NCBI GenBank assembly: GCA_963710375.1
Contig: CAVPZX010000002.1
Span: forward strand, 320,001 to 384,000
Reading direction: 5' to 3'
Length of the DNA stretch: 64,000 bases
Source of the DNA: Nitrospirota bacterium
GTDB taxonomy: Bacteria; Nitrospirota; Thermodesulfovibrionia; Thermodesulfovibrionales; Dissulfurispiraceae
In this document: positions 1 to 11,186 of the stretch, in pieces
Position numbering within the stretch: position 1 is the first letter of the stretch
Layout: every line of letters starts with the position of its first letter
Program-made: the position numbers and the translations under genes
The notes under the pieces: model-generated
Database searches by the model: none
What the model was told of the DNA's origin: nothing
Seen by the model: the letters and a program-made list of their open reading frames with translations, nothing else

Positions 1-1648
1 TGCCGCCGATCTCATCGGAGAGTCCGCCCTCTGCCGCCATCGCACTGGCAATCGTAAGTATCCTAGAATTGTCTACGCAGGAACCGAGGGCCAGAATAGG
101 AGGCATACCGGTTGTTTCGCAGATCTGGCGAAGACCGGGGCCGGCGTGCTCCATGGCAAACTCAGGTGTCAGGTATCCTCCGAGACCGCAGGCATGAGAT
201 CCGCACCCTGTGGTAACAACAAGGACATCTCTCTTGATCAGCTCTGTTATAAGCCATTTATGGTTGCCGGTTGCCGGGTACCTGGTGTTATCGCATCCGA
301 CAACTGCTCCGATACCGCGGATTCTGCCAGACATAATGGCGTCATTGAGCGGCCTGAAGGAATGCCTCCACTTTCCGCCGAGCATATACTCGATGTATTC
401 ATGCGAGAAACCTGTGACCATATCGAACATTTGCATCTTCTCGCGGAAGCCTTTCTTTGTCCTGTTCGGGAAGTTGTCTATCGCAACCTTGATGATGTCG
501 CGGGCAAGCTGTTTTGCCTTTGTTTCATCTACCATCGGCATTGCGATGGCCCCGGTAATATATGCCTTTGGAGAGGTCGTAATGACCTTGGTATGGAAAT
601 TCTTCGATACATCGACAATTGCCGGCATTATGCACTGAACGTCAACTGTCATGGCATCGACCAATCCTGTCATGATCGCAAGTTCCTGGTTGGTATATCC
701 ACCCATGGTCGCGATACCGTGCCTCGCAAGAATTTCATTCGCCGTGCAGCACATCCCTGTGAGGTTGATCCCTTTTGCGCCCTTGGATTTTGCGTATGCC
801 ACCAGTTCAGGCTCGGCGGAAACCTCGACAAATTTTTCCGCAAGATTCGGCTCATGGCCGTGAACTACCATATTGACCATGTCTTTTTCAAAAACACCGA
901 AGCTCGCCTTTGCCCTGACCGGCTGAGGAGTACCGTAAAGGATATCCGTACAATCAGTTGCGATCATCGAACCGATCCAGCCGTCGGCAAGAGCTGTCCT
1001 TATGCCGGTCTTCAAGAGATCATCCGGATCGATGTCGACGCCGGTATTTGTTCTGTGCATTGCCTCGATGACCTCTCTCTGGAAGCCCCTCGGAACAACG
1101 CCCCATTTCCTCCATCTCTCGACTGTCTTCTTCGGCGCCCTCACTACATAATTCATTTCGCCGGTCTGGCGTGTAAAGTCCTCGATCATCTTATGGGCCA
1201 CGTCTTTCGCCACATCATTCGCAGGACGTCCTTCGAACTCGATACCGAGAAAACCTGCGATCTTATAGAGTTTCCTTGTGTCCTTTATTGCGAAGTCCGA
1301 GGTATGCCCCTCGGCAACTGCAAGCAGCAGCATCGCCATATCCAGGCCATGGTCCGAGTGCGCCGACGCGCCGGCAGCGATCATCCTGACAAGGTTCCTC
1401 GCAGCTACGGTGTCGTTATTTGCTCCGCAAATGCCCTTGGCGTCTTCCTTGGCGGTCAGCCTGCAGGGACCCATGCTGCAGTTCTTGCAGCATGCGCCTG
1501 AATGGCCGATTGGACAAGGCTTCATTTTTTCCGCTCTGTCAAAACAAGTCTCGATGCCCTGTTCTTCTGCAAATTTGAGTATTCTATCCGCATCAGGATT
1601 CGCGGGTCTGATTTTTGCGACTACTTTTTTTTCTTCCTTTTTCTCCAT
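1..1648 (-). CDS. cooS: Anaerobic Ni,Fe carbon monoxide dehydrogenase catalytic subunit (3' end runs off window)
   Basis: Not in ORF track. Manual translation from ATG 1648 (SD CGGAGG): MEKKEEKKVVAKIRPANPDAD...CPIGHSGACCKNCSMGPCR; later GMCCT, GCDN, VTTGCG, LGSCVDNSR cluster-ligand motifs; directly downstream of acsB. Confidence 0.95.
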   Translation of the reverse strand, partial: MEKKEEKKVVAKIRPANPDADRILKFAEEQGIETCFDRAEKMKPCPIGHSGACCKNCSMGPCRLTAKEDAKGICGANNDTVAARNLVRMIAAGASAHSDHGLDMAMLLLAVAEGHTSDFAIKDTRKLYKIAGFLGIEFEGRPANDVAKDVAHKMIEDFTRQTGEMNYVVRAPKKTVERWRKWGVVPRGFQREVIEAMHRTNTGVDIDPDDLLKTGIRTALADGWIGSMIATDCTDILYGTPQPVRAKASFGVFEKDMVNMVVHGHEPNLAEKFVEVSAEPELVAYAKSKGAKGINLTGMCCTANEILARHGIATMGGYTNQELAIMTGLVDAMTVDVQCIMPAIVDVSKNFHTKVITTSPKAYITGAIAMPMVDETKAKQLARDIIKVAIDNFPNRTKKGFREKMQMFDMVTGFSHEYIEYMLGGKWRHSFRPLNDAIMSGRIRGIGAVVGCDNTRYPATGNHKWLITELIKRDVLVVTTGCGSHACGLGGYLTPEFAMEHAGPGLRQICETTGMPPILALGSCVDNSRILTIASAMAAEGGLSDEIGG

Positions 1649-1695
1649 TTTTTGCCTCCGTGGTTTTAATCTATTCCTGGTAACGCATTTTTATA

Positions 1696-3894
1696 TTATA
1701 ACATCGGCGGCATTTCTAATGCCGGATGCGAAACTTTTGTGAGATACTCCAAAAGTTTTTCCGAATCCTCGCAGATAGTATCGTCAGCTATCTTATCAAG
1801 CAGATCCGGGACCCCCTCTTCAGCAGCCCTCTTTTTGAATGCCTCTCCAATCCTTTCTTTAAGGGATGCAGGCATCCAGACTATCCTCTTTATTCCGCCA
1901 TCGCCGAAAAGGAACTTCCTGCTCGGAATGAAGTTCACTCCGATGCCCATGAATCCAGGGGTTTGGGCGCCACCTCCGACCGAGCCTGCGAATGTCGAAA
2001 ACTTCATGCCGACAGGCGTCATTCCCTGATGACCTCTGTGCACAATCATAACTCCGTTTGCCTCGGGGATGATTCCGACTATGCACTCGAAGCATCCGCA
2101 GGAGGTCATCGGATTGTCCATGATGGTGTACATGTTTACGGATTCGACAGCACCGCCGGTGGCCTGTTTAACATAATTATCCACACCCTTAAAGCGCCCT
2201 AATTTAGCATCGATCACTTCCTCTTTCTTGATAGGCTGGTTTCCGCCTGTAGGGTCTATTTCTTTTGCCGCTTTGCAGTCAAGCCAGTTGAATGCGCCGC
2301 AAAGCCCAAGCCTTTCAGGAGACACTACGCAAATATGGCTCGGAGCAAAAGACTGGCAGAGAAGGCATGAATAAAAATCTTCCACTGTTTCGTCAGTCAG
2401 ACCTCCCAGTCTTGCATCGCGCTCTGTATATGCAGCCCTTGCCTCCTGCAGCTTTTCATTAACTTCATTCGCATCCAGGTATAACGTAACCTGGGCCTTG
2501 TCAACAATGGATTTAAATCTGTGATGTGCCATTGTGGTATGAATAATGCCCAGATGCTCCAAAGTGAATCCCGCCTGCTTGGCCGCGTTGCTTATCCTTA
2601 CCCAGTTGACATCTCTCTGACCCATGTGGAATATTCCCTGGGCCTCGTTGAGGTCTGCGTGGATCTTCCTCTCGAGAACAGATTCAAAATCCTTTTGCAT
2701 CTTGCGGCCGGCAACTTCTATAACGATACCAAGAGGCATCCTGCCGCCCTTTTCATATATCTCTTTCCAATTGTCGGGCTTGATAATGACCTTGTTGTCT
2801 TCTACCTCGTCCATTTCCCTCATTCTGACCCATTCGAATGCGGGTGTTTTCTGGCCGCCCATTTCCGCAAAGGTATCTTCCTTCCTTATCCTCTCGCCCT
2901 CGAATGCAGGCCCGAATGCAACTGGAATTGGAGGCTTCTCAACGGTAATCTTGAGTCCTCTTACCTCGATTGCCTTCTGGACGATCTTGGCATGGTCGAA
3001 TTCCTTATCGACGTGCTCATATGTGCAAACTCCTGTCGGGAGAATGGTCGGAACATCAGTATCGCAAACAGCAGGGAAGCCCATGTTGATAGCGCCGGCG
3101 CCGGTTGCCCACTTTATGTCATCCATTGGGCCGAGAGCTATCGCAAATGCAAAGACCCTGTCTTTCTGGTAAAGGAGATGTCCCTTGTAATCTCCGGGTT
3201 TCTTGCCGCCGAATATGAGGGAGGCCCTTATCGCCCAGTCTGCAGCATAAAGAATATGCTCCGTATCAGGGCCCAATGGTACGATTCTGGCATCCCAGCC
3301 TAGTTCTATATTCTTCCTGAGAAGCTGTTTAGTCATGCTATCGCCATTTGACTGACCTGCAAGGAAAGTAAGTATGTTCTTCTCTTGAAGCTCCCTGGCT
3401 ATATTCACAGCAATGTCGTCGGTGGGAGCCGCTCCGAGGATACAGGCAAATCCCGGCATCGTACCGTCAACGAGTTGGATGCCCAGGTTTCTCTGGATGG
3501 TATCACCTATAAACCCATTGTACACATATCCCGTTTCAGGGTCCTTGCACGGCTCGAGGCCGTTGACATACCTGAGCGCAAGAATTATCTCTTCCGCAAA
3601 AAGTGTAGCCATGCCGCTATCAAGAGTCTCGCCGAGATAGGGGAGCCAGAGCTTATCTGTGGGCTCATCATGAAGCAGCTCCTGGGCATAACGAAGTCCA
3701 ACCTCCATATCTCCGAGCGTTTTTACCTTGAAAGTGGTCATTGCAAGTATCATGGGAAGCTGAAAAGCGGTGTCAGGAAACTCAAAAACATAATCTTTTC
3801 CCTTTTCAGCTATTGTCTTTTTAAGCATTTCTTCCGCGCGGTTCACGAGTGAACGTGCGCCCCTAATAGCCGCTGTTGCAATAATCTTTGACAT
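1696..3894 (-). CDS. acsB: Acetyl-CoA synthase (ACS) subunit of CODH/ACS
   Basis: 732 aa; A-cluster motifs SCLLCQSFAPSHIC...LGLCG and TSCGCFE. Confidence 0.96.
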   Translation of the reverse strand: MSKIIATAAIRGARSLVNRAEEMLKKTIAEKGKDYVFEFPDTAFQLPMILAMTTFKVKTLGDMEVGLRYAQELLHDEPTDKLWLPYLGETLDSGMATLFAEEIILALRYVNGLEPCKDPETGYVYNGFIGDTIQRNLGIQLVDGTMPGFACILGAAPTDDIAVNIARELQEKNILTFLAGQSNGDSMTKQLLRKNIELGWDARIVPLGPDTEHILYAADWAIRASLIFGGKKPGDYKGHLLYQKDRVFAFAIALGPMDDIKWATGAGAINMGFPAVCDTDVPTILPTGVCTYEHVDKEFDHAKIVQKAIEVRGLKITVEKPPIPVAFGPAFEGERIRKEDTFAEMGGQKTPAFEWVRMREMDEVEDNKVIIKPDNWKEIYEKGGRMPLGIVIEVAGRKMQKDFESVLERKIHADLNEAQGIFHMGQRDVNWVRISNAAKQAGFTLEHLGIIHTTMAHHRFKSIVDKAQVTLYLDANEVNEKLQEARAAYTERDARLGGLTDETVEDFYSCLLCQSFAPSHICVVSPERLGLCGAFNWLDCKAAKEIDPTGGNQPIKKEEVIDAKLGRFKGVDNYVKQATGGAVESVNMYTIMDNPMTSCGCFECIVGIIPEANGVMIVHRGHQGMTPVGMKFSTFAGSVGGGAQTPGFMGIGVNFIPSRKFLFGDGGIKRIVWMPASLKERIGEAFKKRAAEEGVPDLLDKIADDTICEDSEKLLEYLTKVSHPALEMPPML

Positions 3895-3950
3895 CTCTAA
3901 AACCTCCTGGCATTAATTTATTCAATTTTGAAAACAGCTTCTACTCTCTG

Positions 3951-5288
3951 TTAACGCGACCTCAAGAAAACCGGCAGCCCGTTGGCTTCCCTTGGGCCGA
4001 CAGTGATCTTCCAGCCCGGAAGCTTGTCTTCAATCGAACCACTCAGTATTGCCACGTACCCTGGAATGATCAGCTCCTTATGGCTTATCTCATTCTCCAC
4101 TCCGCATTCCTTGATGAATGCAGCAACCTTTGATGCGTTGAATTTACCGGCGGCCCATCCGGTAAGCACTGATAGCCCCTCGGTATCAAGCACAGCAAGC
4201 CTCACAGGGACCTTGCTGCCTTCGATCTCTCCTGAGACAATAAAATATGTAAGAGAGAAGTTTGAGGTGATGAGCAGCGGGGAGTCTGCAGTCGGCTCGC
4301 CGATTTTATAAACGTTCTGCGGGACCTGCAGCGGGACCTGAGGGTCAGTATAGATATTCTGCCTAAGGGTGAACAGCGCAAGGTTCTTCCACTTGTCGAT
4401 GCTGCTCACAACCACGATAGACGAATATTTTGTAATTCCGAGGGCTGCAATAAGAGTCTCCAGCATGACATCATCTCTTTGTGCAAAGCTGATTACAGGG
4501 AACCCTACCGACTTATTGCCTTTCTTAACCGCTGCCCTTCTGATATAAGTATTGTCCCGCAGCATCTCTTTGGCAGTGCGTGCGCCCGAGTCAATGACCA
4601 TGTCCTCAACACCGAGCCCTTTAATCTTGTCCGTAAGTGCTGTCAATGCGTCAAGCCCTTTGGCAACTACTCCGAGAGAGACCTTATGGGTCTTTGCAAT
4701 ATTCGCCATCTGATCGGCGTTGGACTCGTTTGCTCCGTAAAGGAGCGGCTTCTTGTCTGCTACAGCCTTGACAGCTGCCTCTGCTGCAGCCGGATTTGTC
4801 GTGGAAAGTATCAATGGCACTGCTGGAGCTTTGGCAGCGATAGCCTTTACAACACCCTCAAATTTTCCTGCGTCGCCCGATACATTATTAATAAATATCG
4901 CGTTAACCCTGAGCTTCTGACCAACTCTGTCTATTTCCGAATTGACGACTTGATCTGTTAAGCTGTTTATTTCACTGTCGGACATCGAATCTTTTATTTC
5001 CACAGCTATAGCACATGGGTTAACAAACTTCTTGTCATGCCTGAACAGGACAGTTTCTTCGCCCATTTTTACTGCCTTGTCTCCCACTCCGAGTGTAATG
5101 GGTCTTATAGGAGGAGCAGACGCCTCACCGAGGACCTTTTTAGCCTCTTCCGAGACATCGGGGCACAAATCGAGAGAAGCCTGTCTCTGGGCCAGTTTCA
5201 TTGCAAAAGCAAGGCATGTCGGATGTCCGCATTTCTTGCAATTGGTTTTTGGCAGCAACTTAAATATCTCAACGCCGGATAACGCCAT
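3951..5288 (-). CDS. acsC: Corrinoid Fe-S protein large subunit
   Basis: N-terminal LPKTNCKKCGHPTCLAFA...CP 4Fe-4S motif; IYTDPQ and NFSLTYF motifs. Confidence 0.95.
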   Translation of the reverse strand: MALSGVEIFKLLPKTNCKKCGHPTCLAFAMKLAQRQASLDLCPDVSEEAKKVLGEASAPPIRPITLGVGDKAVKMGEETVLFRHDKKFVNPCAIAVEIKDSMSDSEINSLTDQVVNSEIDRVGQKLRVNAIFINNVSGDAGKFEGVVKAIAAKAPAVPLILSTTNPAAAEAAVKAVADKKPLLYGANESNADQMANIAKTHKVSLGVVAKGLDALTALTDKIKGLGVEDMVIDSGARTAKEMLRDNTYIRRAAVKKGNKSVGFPVISFAQRDDVMLETLIAALGITKYSSIVVVSSIDKWKNLALFTLRQNIYTDPQVPLQVPQNVYKIGEPTADSPLLITSNFSLTYFIVSGEIEGSKVPVRLAVLDTEGLSVLTGWAAGKFNASKVAAFIKECGVENEISHKELIIPGYVAILSGSIEDKLPGWKITVGPREANGLPVFLRSR

Positions 5289-5299
5289 TGTAACCTCCC

Positions 5300-6238
5300 T
5301 TACATTAATTCATCTATGAATTTTTCTATTGCCTTAACTGACTCAGGATGCCTCATGATCAAAAGCTCTGAGCCGGCAAGCATGAGTGCGCCCGCTGTCA
5401 GAGTTTCCCATGCAATTCCTCTCGGCTCAAGAGCGCCGCCTACAGGAAGTTCGGCTTCGGGAGCACTGGACTCCTTGACCTTCCAGGCATACATACCGAT
5501 ATCGCCCAGCATCGGTGTCTGCATCGTTAGGTCATTCTGGGTCAAGGCAGCAAGCCTGATTCTCTCCATGACAGAATAAGTATAGTCCAGCCCATATCCG
5601 AGCGCAGAACACATAGGATCAGTTACCATCCTCTCCTTGTCAAAGCCCATTTGCGTTATCAGGATATTGAGCTGCTTGGAAAGATTGATATCGAGCTGAG
5701 ACATGGCTATAAGCTTATGATCGTTGGCCATACAGGCAGCAACGATTGTTTTGTAGTTTTCTTCCATGGCCTTACCTATGAAACAATTCCTGCCCTTGGC
5801 TGCTTCAGCCGCAGCGACCAAGACCAACGTATCTTTCTCAATATTGTTGCTGCCGAGGATTATTAAAGGGACTTTTACTGCGGCAAGCACATCCTTTACT
5901 GTCTTCGCAGCGTCTTCGGCGGAGCGGTTTTCCCTGTCGGGATGGGTCCCTATCAGCCTGAGTGCTATCGCCTTTGCATTCAGTTTGTCCTCGCAATATT
6001 TTGCCCATGTTACAGGATCACCAGATACTCCTTCGTACACTTTTTTTACAGTATCCGGCCAATCATCAGGAGGGACATCCTGAATCTCATAAGCTATGAC
6101 GGGTCTGTTGGGAACATTCCCTTCAAATGCATCAAAAGGAAGCACATTCTCTCCACCAATAACAATCGTCTTATCCGTACCGCCTTCAACTTGATAAACC
6201 TTTCCAGAATAAGTCTCGTTTGGCGCCGTAAATGCCAT
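5300..6238 (-). CDS. acsD: Corrinoid Fe-S protein small subunit
   Basis: DINLSKQLN, ALGYGLDYTYSVMERIRLAAL; start moved to ATG 6238 behind GGAGG. Confidence 0.94.
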   Translation of the reverse strand: MAFTAPNETYSGKVYQVEGGTDKTIVIGGENVLPFDAFEGNVPNRPVIAYEIQDVPPDDWPDTVKKVYEGVSGDPVTWAKYCEDKLNAKAIALRLIGTHPDRENRSAEDAAKTVKDVLAAVKVPLIILGSNNIEKDTLVLVAAAEAAKGRNCFIGKAMEENYKTIVAACMANDHKLIAMSQLDINLSKQLNILITQMGFDKERMVTDPMCSALGYGLDYTYSVMERIRLAALTQNDLTMQTPMLGDIGMYAWKVKESSAPEAELPVGGALEPRGIAWETLTAGALMLAGSELLIMRHPESVKAIEKFIDELM

Positions 6239-6298
6239 ATATACCTCCATTTTTTAGTCGCCCGCCGGTAGTTTCTTGTATCGACCGTTGACAGTATT

Positions 6299-7081
6299 TT
6301 ACATTTCCAAATACGAATGGGCATAAAGGGTCCTGCCCATTATCACATCTATCGTCTTTGTAGTTTCCATTACCTCATGAGCATCGGCGATTGCAGCAGT
6401 CAGTCCTTCATACGCCAACAATGCGAACAAATATTTATTCATTATAGGCCTGAGGGCTTTCGGCATCCCGTTGGATATATTACTTAGTCCCACCACTGTC
6501 TTCATTGGAGGATCGTTCAGTTCCTGAAACATCTTGACCGCTTTAACTACTTTTAACGCCTGGTCCTGAGTAGTAGCGATCTGCAGAACAAGCGGGTCGA
6601 GATACAGGTCTTCAACCGGTATGCCGTATTCCATTGCCCTCGCCATCATCTCTGCTGCAATACCTGCCCTTTCCTCAGCATCAGCAGGAAGGCCGCCTTT
6701 GCCGACAGTAAGTGCTATTAATTGCGATTTGTATTTCGCGGCAATTTCCATGATAGGAAATCTTTCTGGATCGTTAGAAGTGGAATTAATCAGCGGCCTG
6801 CCCCATTGGCTGTTGTGGACCTGCAGCCCGGCCTCGATAGCCTTGGCATTCGTAGTGTCAAGACAGACAGGAAGGGGAACAACTTCCTGAATGGTTGTTA
6901 CCATCCACTGCATCATTTTTTCTCCGCCATCCTCCGCCGGGCCGATATTGGCATCAATCATGCCGGCGCCTTCTTTCCATTGTCTCGTTGCAATTTCCTG
7001 AATAGGCCCTTTGTCGAATTTCATCATTGCTTCACGCACTCTTTTAGCTATGATGCTGAGCTTCTCACCGATTATTAGCAT
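6299..7081 (-). CDS. acsE: Methyltetrahydrofolate:corrinoid Fe-S protein methyltransferase
   Basis: MLIIGEKLS, INST, GLSNISNG pterin-binding fold motifs; in acs cluster; start at ATG 7081 behind GGAGA. Confidence 0.9.
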   Translation of the reverse strand: MLIIGEKLSIIAKRVREAMMKFDKGPIQEIATRQWKEGAGMIDANIGPAEDGGEKMMQWMVTTIQEVVPLPVCLDTTNAKAIEAGLQVHNSQWGRPLINSTSNDPERFPIMEIAAKYKSQLIALTVGKGGLPADAEERAGIAAEMMARAMEYGIPVEDLYLDPLVLQIATTQDQALKVVKAVKMFQELNDPPMKTVVGLSNISNGMPKALRPIMNKYLFALLAYEGLTAAIADAHEVMETTKTIDVIMGRTLYAHSYLEM

Positions 7082-7209
7082 ACTATCTCCTTTCAAAAAT
7101 GGCGCTATAAAAAGACATGTTACGGATAGTAACATAGCAAAAATAAAGATGTCTATTAGTTCTTCTTTATAACCTTATAATAACTGTTTATTTTATAACA
7201 GCCCACGAA

Positions 7210-7977
7210 CTATGGAATATTTAATGACGTCAAAATACCGAACAGCGCCTGAACGGATTTCGATTCTTCAGGAAGCTTTAATACAGGCTTCCCCTCAAGG
7301 TCAAATTTAAAAATCGCCTCATCCTGCGGGACGAGGCCGGCTACGGTAACACCTGCCTTCTCGGCCATCGTCTTAAGGTCTTCCCCCTCGTATCCGATCA
7401 CCCTGTTGATGATCAGCACCCTACGGTCCACCTCGAGATGCAATTCCTCAACAAGGTTATTGATCCGCTCTGCAGTCATCACGCCTTTCACCGTAGGGTC
7501 GCTGACAATTATAAGCACATTGACTTTGTGAGTGGTCCTCCTGCTCAAATGCTCCATACCGGCCTCGTTGTCGATCACAACGTACGGATACTTCTCAGAC
7601 AGCAGATCGGTGTACTTCCTTATTATATTATTTGCCGCGCAGTAACAGCCGGGACCCTCGGGCCTCCCCATGACCATGAGATCAAACCCTTCAGCCTCGA
7701 TAATCGACTGCTGCACCTGATAGTCGAAGAGCTGCTCCATCGCCATTCCGCCGGGCCTGCTGCCGCCTTCCCTCACAGCCTGTAGAGACTCTTCCCTGAG
7801 ACTGCCGATAGTTGCGTGGACCTCGACTCCAAGCGCCTCGTTCAGGCACGCATTGCTGTCTGCGTCAACCGCGAGGACCGGCCCCTTTCTTTTATCAAGC
7901 AGGTATTTCACAACCAATCCTGCCAAGCTTGTCTTCCCTGTGCCGCCTTTGCCTGCAAAAGCAATAGTAAACGCCAT
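7210..7977 (-). CDS. cooC: CooC/AcsF nickel-insertion ATPase
   Basis: GKGGTGKT Walker A, GCYC Ni-binding motif, DNEAGMEHLSR. Confidence 0.92.
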   Translation of the reverse strand: MAFTIAFAGKGGTGKTSLAGLVVKYLLDKRKGPVLAVDADSNACLNEALGVEVHATIGSLREESLQAVREGGSRPGGMAMEQLFDYQVQQSIIEAEGFDLMVMGRPEGPGCYCAANNIIRKYTDLLSEKYPYVVIDNEAGMEHLSRRTTHKVNVLIIVSDPTVKGVMTAERINNLVEELHLEVDRRVLIINRVIGYEGEDLKTMAEKAGVTVAGLVPQDEAIFKFDLEGKPVLKLPEESKSVQALFGILTSLNIP

Positions 7978-8625
7978 CTATGATAACCTCCTTAATACAT
8001 CTGTTAACTCCGGCATACTGTTTATTATAAAATCAGCCTCCTGCAACAATTCCAGCGGCCTGTAGCCATAAGTCACTGCCACGGTTTTTATTCCGGCTGA
8101 TTTGCCGGCCTCGATATCATAATTGCTGTCGCCTACAATTATTGCCGCATCAGGCAATATGCCGAGCGTAGAGAGAACATGACATATAGGCAAGGGAGAA
8201 GGCTTTCTCTCATTTAAAGTGTCGCTTCCGACAATTACATCCATGTACTCAGAAAGCCCCAACTGTTCGAGAATTTTTACCGACAGGGACTCGCGCTTAT
8301 TTGAAATGACCGCTTTCCGGAATGCTCCCAACTGCGACAACGTCTCCCTTACGCCGGGATACACAGGCGTATTGTCGATAAGGTGGGCAGAATAATAATA
8401 GACGAACCGCTCAGTCAGAAAATCCCTCTCTGCTTCGATTCCTTCCTTCGCAATGATCTTCTCCATAAGCCTTGATATGCCCTCTCCCACAAGGCTTATG
8501 ACTTCCTGCACCATCAAAGGCTTAACGCCGTAAGGCTCAACCGCATAATTGATCGCATTTGCTATATCAATGCTTGAATCTATCAGGGTTCCGTCCAGAT
8601 CGAATATGATGAGCTTTAAAGACAT
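7978..8625 (-). CDS. HAD-family phosphatase (phosphoglycolate phosphatase-like)
   Basis: FDLDGTL motif I, KP motif III, VGDS..D motif IV. Confidence 0.88.
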   Translation of the reverse strand: MSLKLIIFDLDGTLIDSSIDIANAINYAVEPYGVKPLMVQEVISLVGEGISRLMEKIIAKEGIEAERDFLTERFVYYYSAHLIDNTPVYPGVRETLSQLGAFRKAVISNKRESLSVKILEQLGLSEYMDVIVGSDTLNERKPSPLPICHVLSTLGILPDAAIIVGDSNYDIEAGKSAGIKTVAVTYGYRPLELLQEADFIINSMPELTDVLRRLS

Positions 8626-8672
8626 CCCTATATATTAATAAAAAACAGAAAAAAAGCTCAATAAATTTTTAT

Positions 8673-11141
8673 TTAGATTTTAAATTCTTTTACGACATTT
8701 TGCAGCTCTGCCGATACACGCTCCAGTTCCCCCGCTGTCTGGGTAGTCTGCGCCATACCGCTGGCAAAATCAGCCGCAACATTGGAAATGCCTCTTATGC
8801 TGGCGGTTATCGACTCGATAGTTGATAGCTGCTCATGAGACGCGGTAGCTATATGTGCAACCATTTCAACTTCTCTGTCGATGCTCTCCACTATTTTGTG
8901 CAACGCTTCGCCTGCTGTATGGGCATAACTCACTGCTGAGTCTACGTCATGCAATCCTCGTCTCATGGCTACCACCGCCTTTTCGGACTCGGACTGGATG
9001 GCGGTTATCATATCCGTTATCTCCGTTGTGGCAGCAGCCGTTCTTTCCGCAAGCTTTCTAACCTCGTCCGCAACAACTGCAAATCCCCTGCCCTGCTCTC
9101 CGGCCCTTGCAGATTCGATTGCGGCATTGAGCGCAAGCAGGTTCGTCTGATCGGCTATGTCTTTGATGACCGATACGATCTCTCCGATCTTTTCCGACTT
9201 GTGCGAAAGATTTTCTATAATTTCGGCCGCATTCTTTACGGTTACCGATACGTTCTTGATGCCTTCCGCAGCCTGAACAACCACTTTGCTTCCATCTGTC
9301 GCTATAGTCTCGGTCTCTTTTGCAAAGGAAGCAGTGGAATGCGCGTTTTCGACGACGTCCTGGAGAGTTGTTGACATCTCCTCGGCTGCCGTCGAAAGGG
9401 TGTTCACTTCGCTTGCCTGCATGTTCGCCCTTTGCGAAAGCTCCTCGGCAGTTGCAGACAATTCGTGAGCCGAAGACGATACGGCATTAGTTTTTTCAGA
9501 TACGGTTGAGACGGATTTATGGAGTTTTTCGACCAGCACGTTGAAACTTTCGCATATCAGTCCAATCTCATCAGCAGACTCCACCTTTAATCTCTTAGTC
9601 AGGTCGCCTTCTGAACTCGCGATATTTCTGATCATCTCTTCTGTGTTTTTCAGCGGCCCCGAAACGCTCCCAATGGTTCTCCAATTCAATACGAACGTTA
9701 TAAGGATTATTATGCCGGACAGAACAAGCATCAAAGTAAGCGACCCCCTGACAGAACTATTCACGCCGCTTACTACTTCCTCCTGCTTCTGGGTAATATT
9801 CCTTACCTGCTCTTCGCCGTGGCTGCTCTGCTCTTTGGTAACATTTTTAATCATGTCTATAGTCTTCAGCATGGCTGCATCACTTTCCAGCACGCTCCGC
9901 TTAGCCCCCAGAATATTTGTCATCGAGCCCTGGACCCTTCTGACCAGCCCTGGCAGCACATCGGCGCTCTTCGCTATTGCAGTCTGTCCCATCTGGACAA
10001 GCACCTTCTTCATCCTTTCGCCGTCTTTCAGCATCTGGTCCTCGATCCTCCGCGTGTCGGAAGATATTCTGTCCAGCTCTGCATCGGATGCGCTGAGCAT
10101 GATAAGGCGCATTTTGGCATCAAGCTCCTTGACATCGATACTCAAAGAGCTGCCGATACCGGTTATCTGGTTTGCGCTCTTTTGGAAATCCATGGAACGT
10201 TCCACATTCTGTCTGTCCTGGACAACCTGCAACTCATATGAATCTATGGTCTCGGATATCTTGGCATTCAGGGTATCTATCGCATTCAAGATATCACTCT
10301 TGAGATTGAGATACTGACCCTCCACATCCTGGCCCTTCAGGATATCCGCCCTCAGTGCGACAAGCCCCGACCCTTCACGGGTGATTTTTTCGTAAAGGCC
10401 CTGCGAGATATCCTTAACCTCTTTGATTATCGGGGGATCGCCCTTTTCATATTCAACGTTCTGAACCGAATCGGCAAGAGCCTTTAACCTTTCCTTTACA
10501 GGATTCAGCTTGAATCTGTTTTTTATTGTCTCTACTTCGCCGGCAACCGCGCCCATATCTTTGATCCGCCCCTGAATGATATACAGCTTTTTAATAGTAC
10601 CGTTCAGCCTGAGATTCAACTGCTGCGCATCACGGAGAGCATTTTCAGCATTCGTATTCAGACCCGTGATACTGTTCTTGATGCCTGTAATAGCTTCGTC
10701 CTCTTTTTTTAACGCGTCCCCTACATTGGCGGATTCGGTCTTGAACAGGGCCATATCTTTAAGCCTCTCCTGGACCGACTGGATTATTGTCTTATGAATG
10801 TTCTTGAAGACACCGGTATCAGCGACAGATGCGTTCTTATCGAGGCGTTCAATATCCGCTTTTGTCGTCTCAAAAGATTTTATATGGTCGTTTATCCGCC
10901 CTGAAATGCGCTCCACCTCGGCAGAGTCGGTCAACATGCCGAGTCTCAGAAAATCAGCGGAGAGCCTTTCAATTGTCTGCTGGAGTTCCAGGGTCTTCAC
11001 CTCGAGAGGTGTCGCTTTTGCGGTCAGACTGTCCAGGCTTGCCTTTATCTTGAGAATTCCGTATGTTCCGATTGCGACAATAAATACGATCCCTAATGCT
11101 GTAAACAAAGCATTGCCTATCATCTTCTTCTTAACAGTCAT
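8673..11141 (-). CDS. Methyl-accepting chemotaxis protein with large helical periplasmic domain
   Basis: Two TM segments, [41 protein letters not shown] signalling hairpin. Confidence 0.95.
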   Translation of the reverse strand: MTVKKKMIGNALFTALGIVFIVAIGTYGILKIKASLDSLTAKATPLEVKTLELQQTIERLSADFLRLGMLTDSAEVERISGRINDHIKSFETTKADIERLDKNASVADTGVFKNIHKTIIQSVQERLKDMALFKTESANVGDALKKEDEAITGIKNSITGLNTNAENALRDAQQLNLRLNGTIKKLYIIQGRIKDMGAVAGEVETIKNRFKLNPVKERLKALADSVQNVEYEKGDPPIIKEVKDISQGLYEKITREGSGLVALRADILKGQDVEGQYLNLKSDILNAIDTLNAKISETIDSYELQVVQDRQNVERSMDFQKSANQITGIGSSLSIDVKELDAKMRLIMLSASDAELDRISSDTRRIEDQMLKDGERMKKVLVQMGQTAIAKSADVLPGLVRRVQGSMTNILGAKRSVLESDAAMLKTIDMIKNVTKEQSSHGEEQVRNITQKQEEVVSGVNSSVRGSLTLMLVLSGIIILITFVLNWRTIGSVSGPLKNTEEMIRNIASSEGDLTKRLKVESADEIGLICESFNVLVEKLHKSVSTVSEKTNAVSSSAHELSATAEELSQRANMQASEVNTLSTAAEEMSTTLQDVVENAHSTASFAKETETIATDGSKVVVQAAEGIKNVSVTVKNAAEIIENLSHKSEKIGEIVSVIKDIADQTNLLALNAAIESARAGEQGRGFAVVADEVRKLAERTAAATTEITDMITAIQSESEKAVVAMRRGLHDVDSAVSYAHTAGEALHKIVESIDREVEMVAHIATASHEQLSTIESITASIRGISNVAADFASGMAQTTQTAGELERVSAELQNVVKEFKI

Positions 11142-11186
11142 TTCCTCATCCCCTCAGATGCTTATGATCAATGCGCCTATATCGCT

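Noticed and set aside
146..1501. 451 aa plus-strand ORF and other long antisense ORFs (e.g. 2521-3303, 9541-10317, 18851-19756, 30700-31467, 52636-53337)
   Set aside because: Shadows of well-supported genes on the opposite strand; no recognisable motifs.
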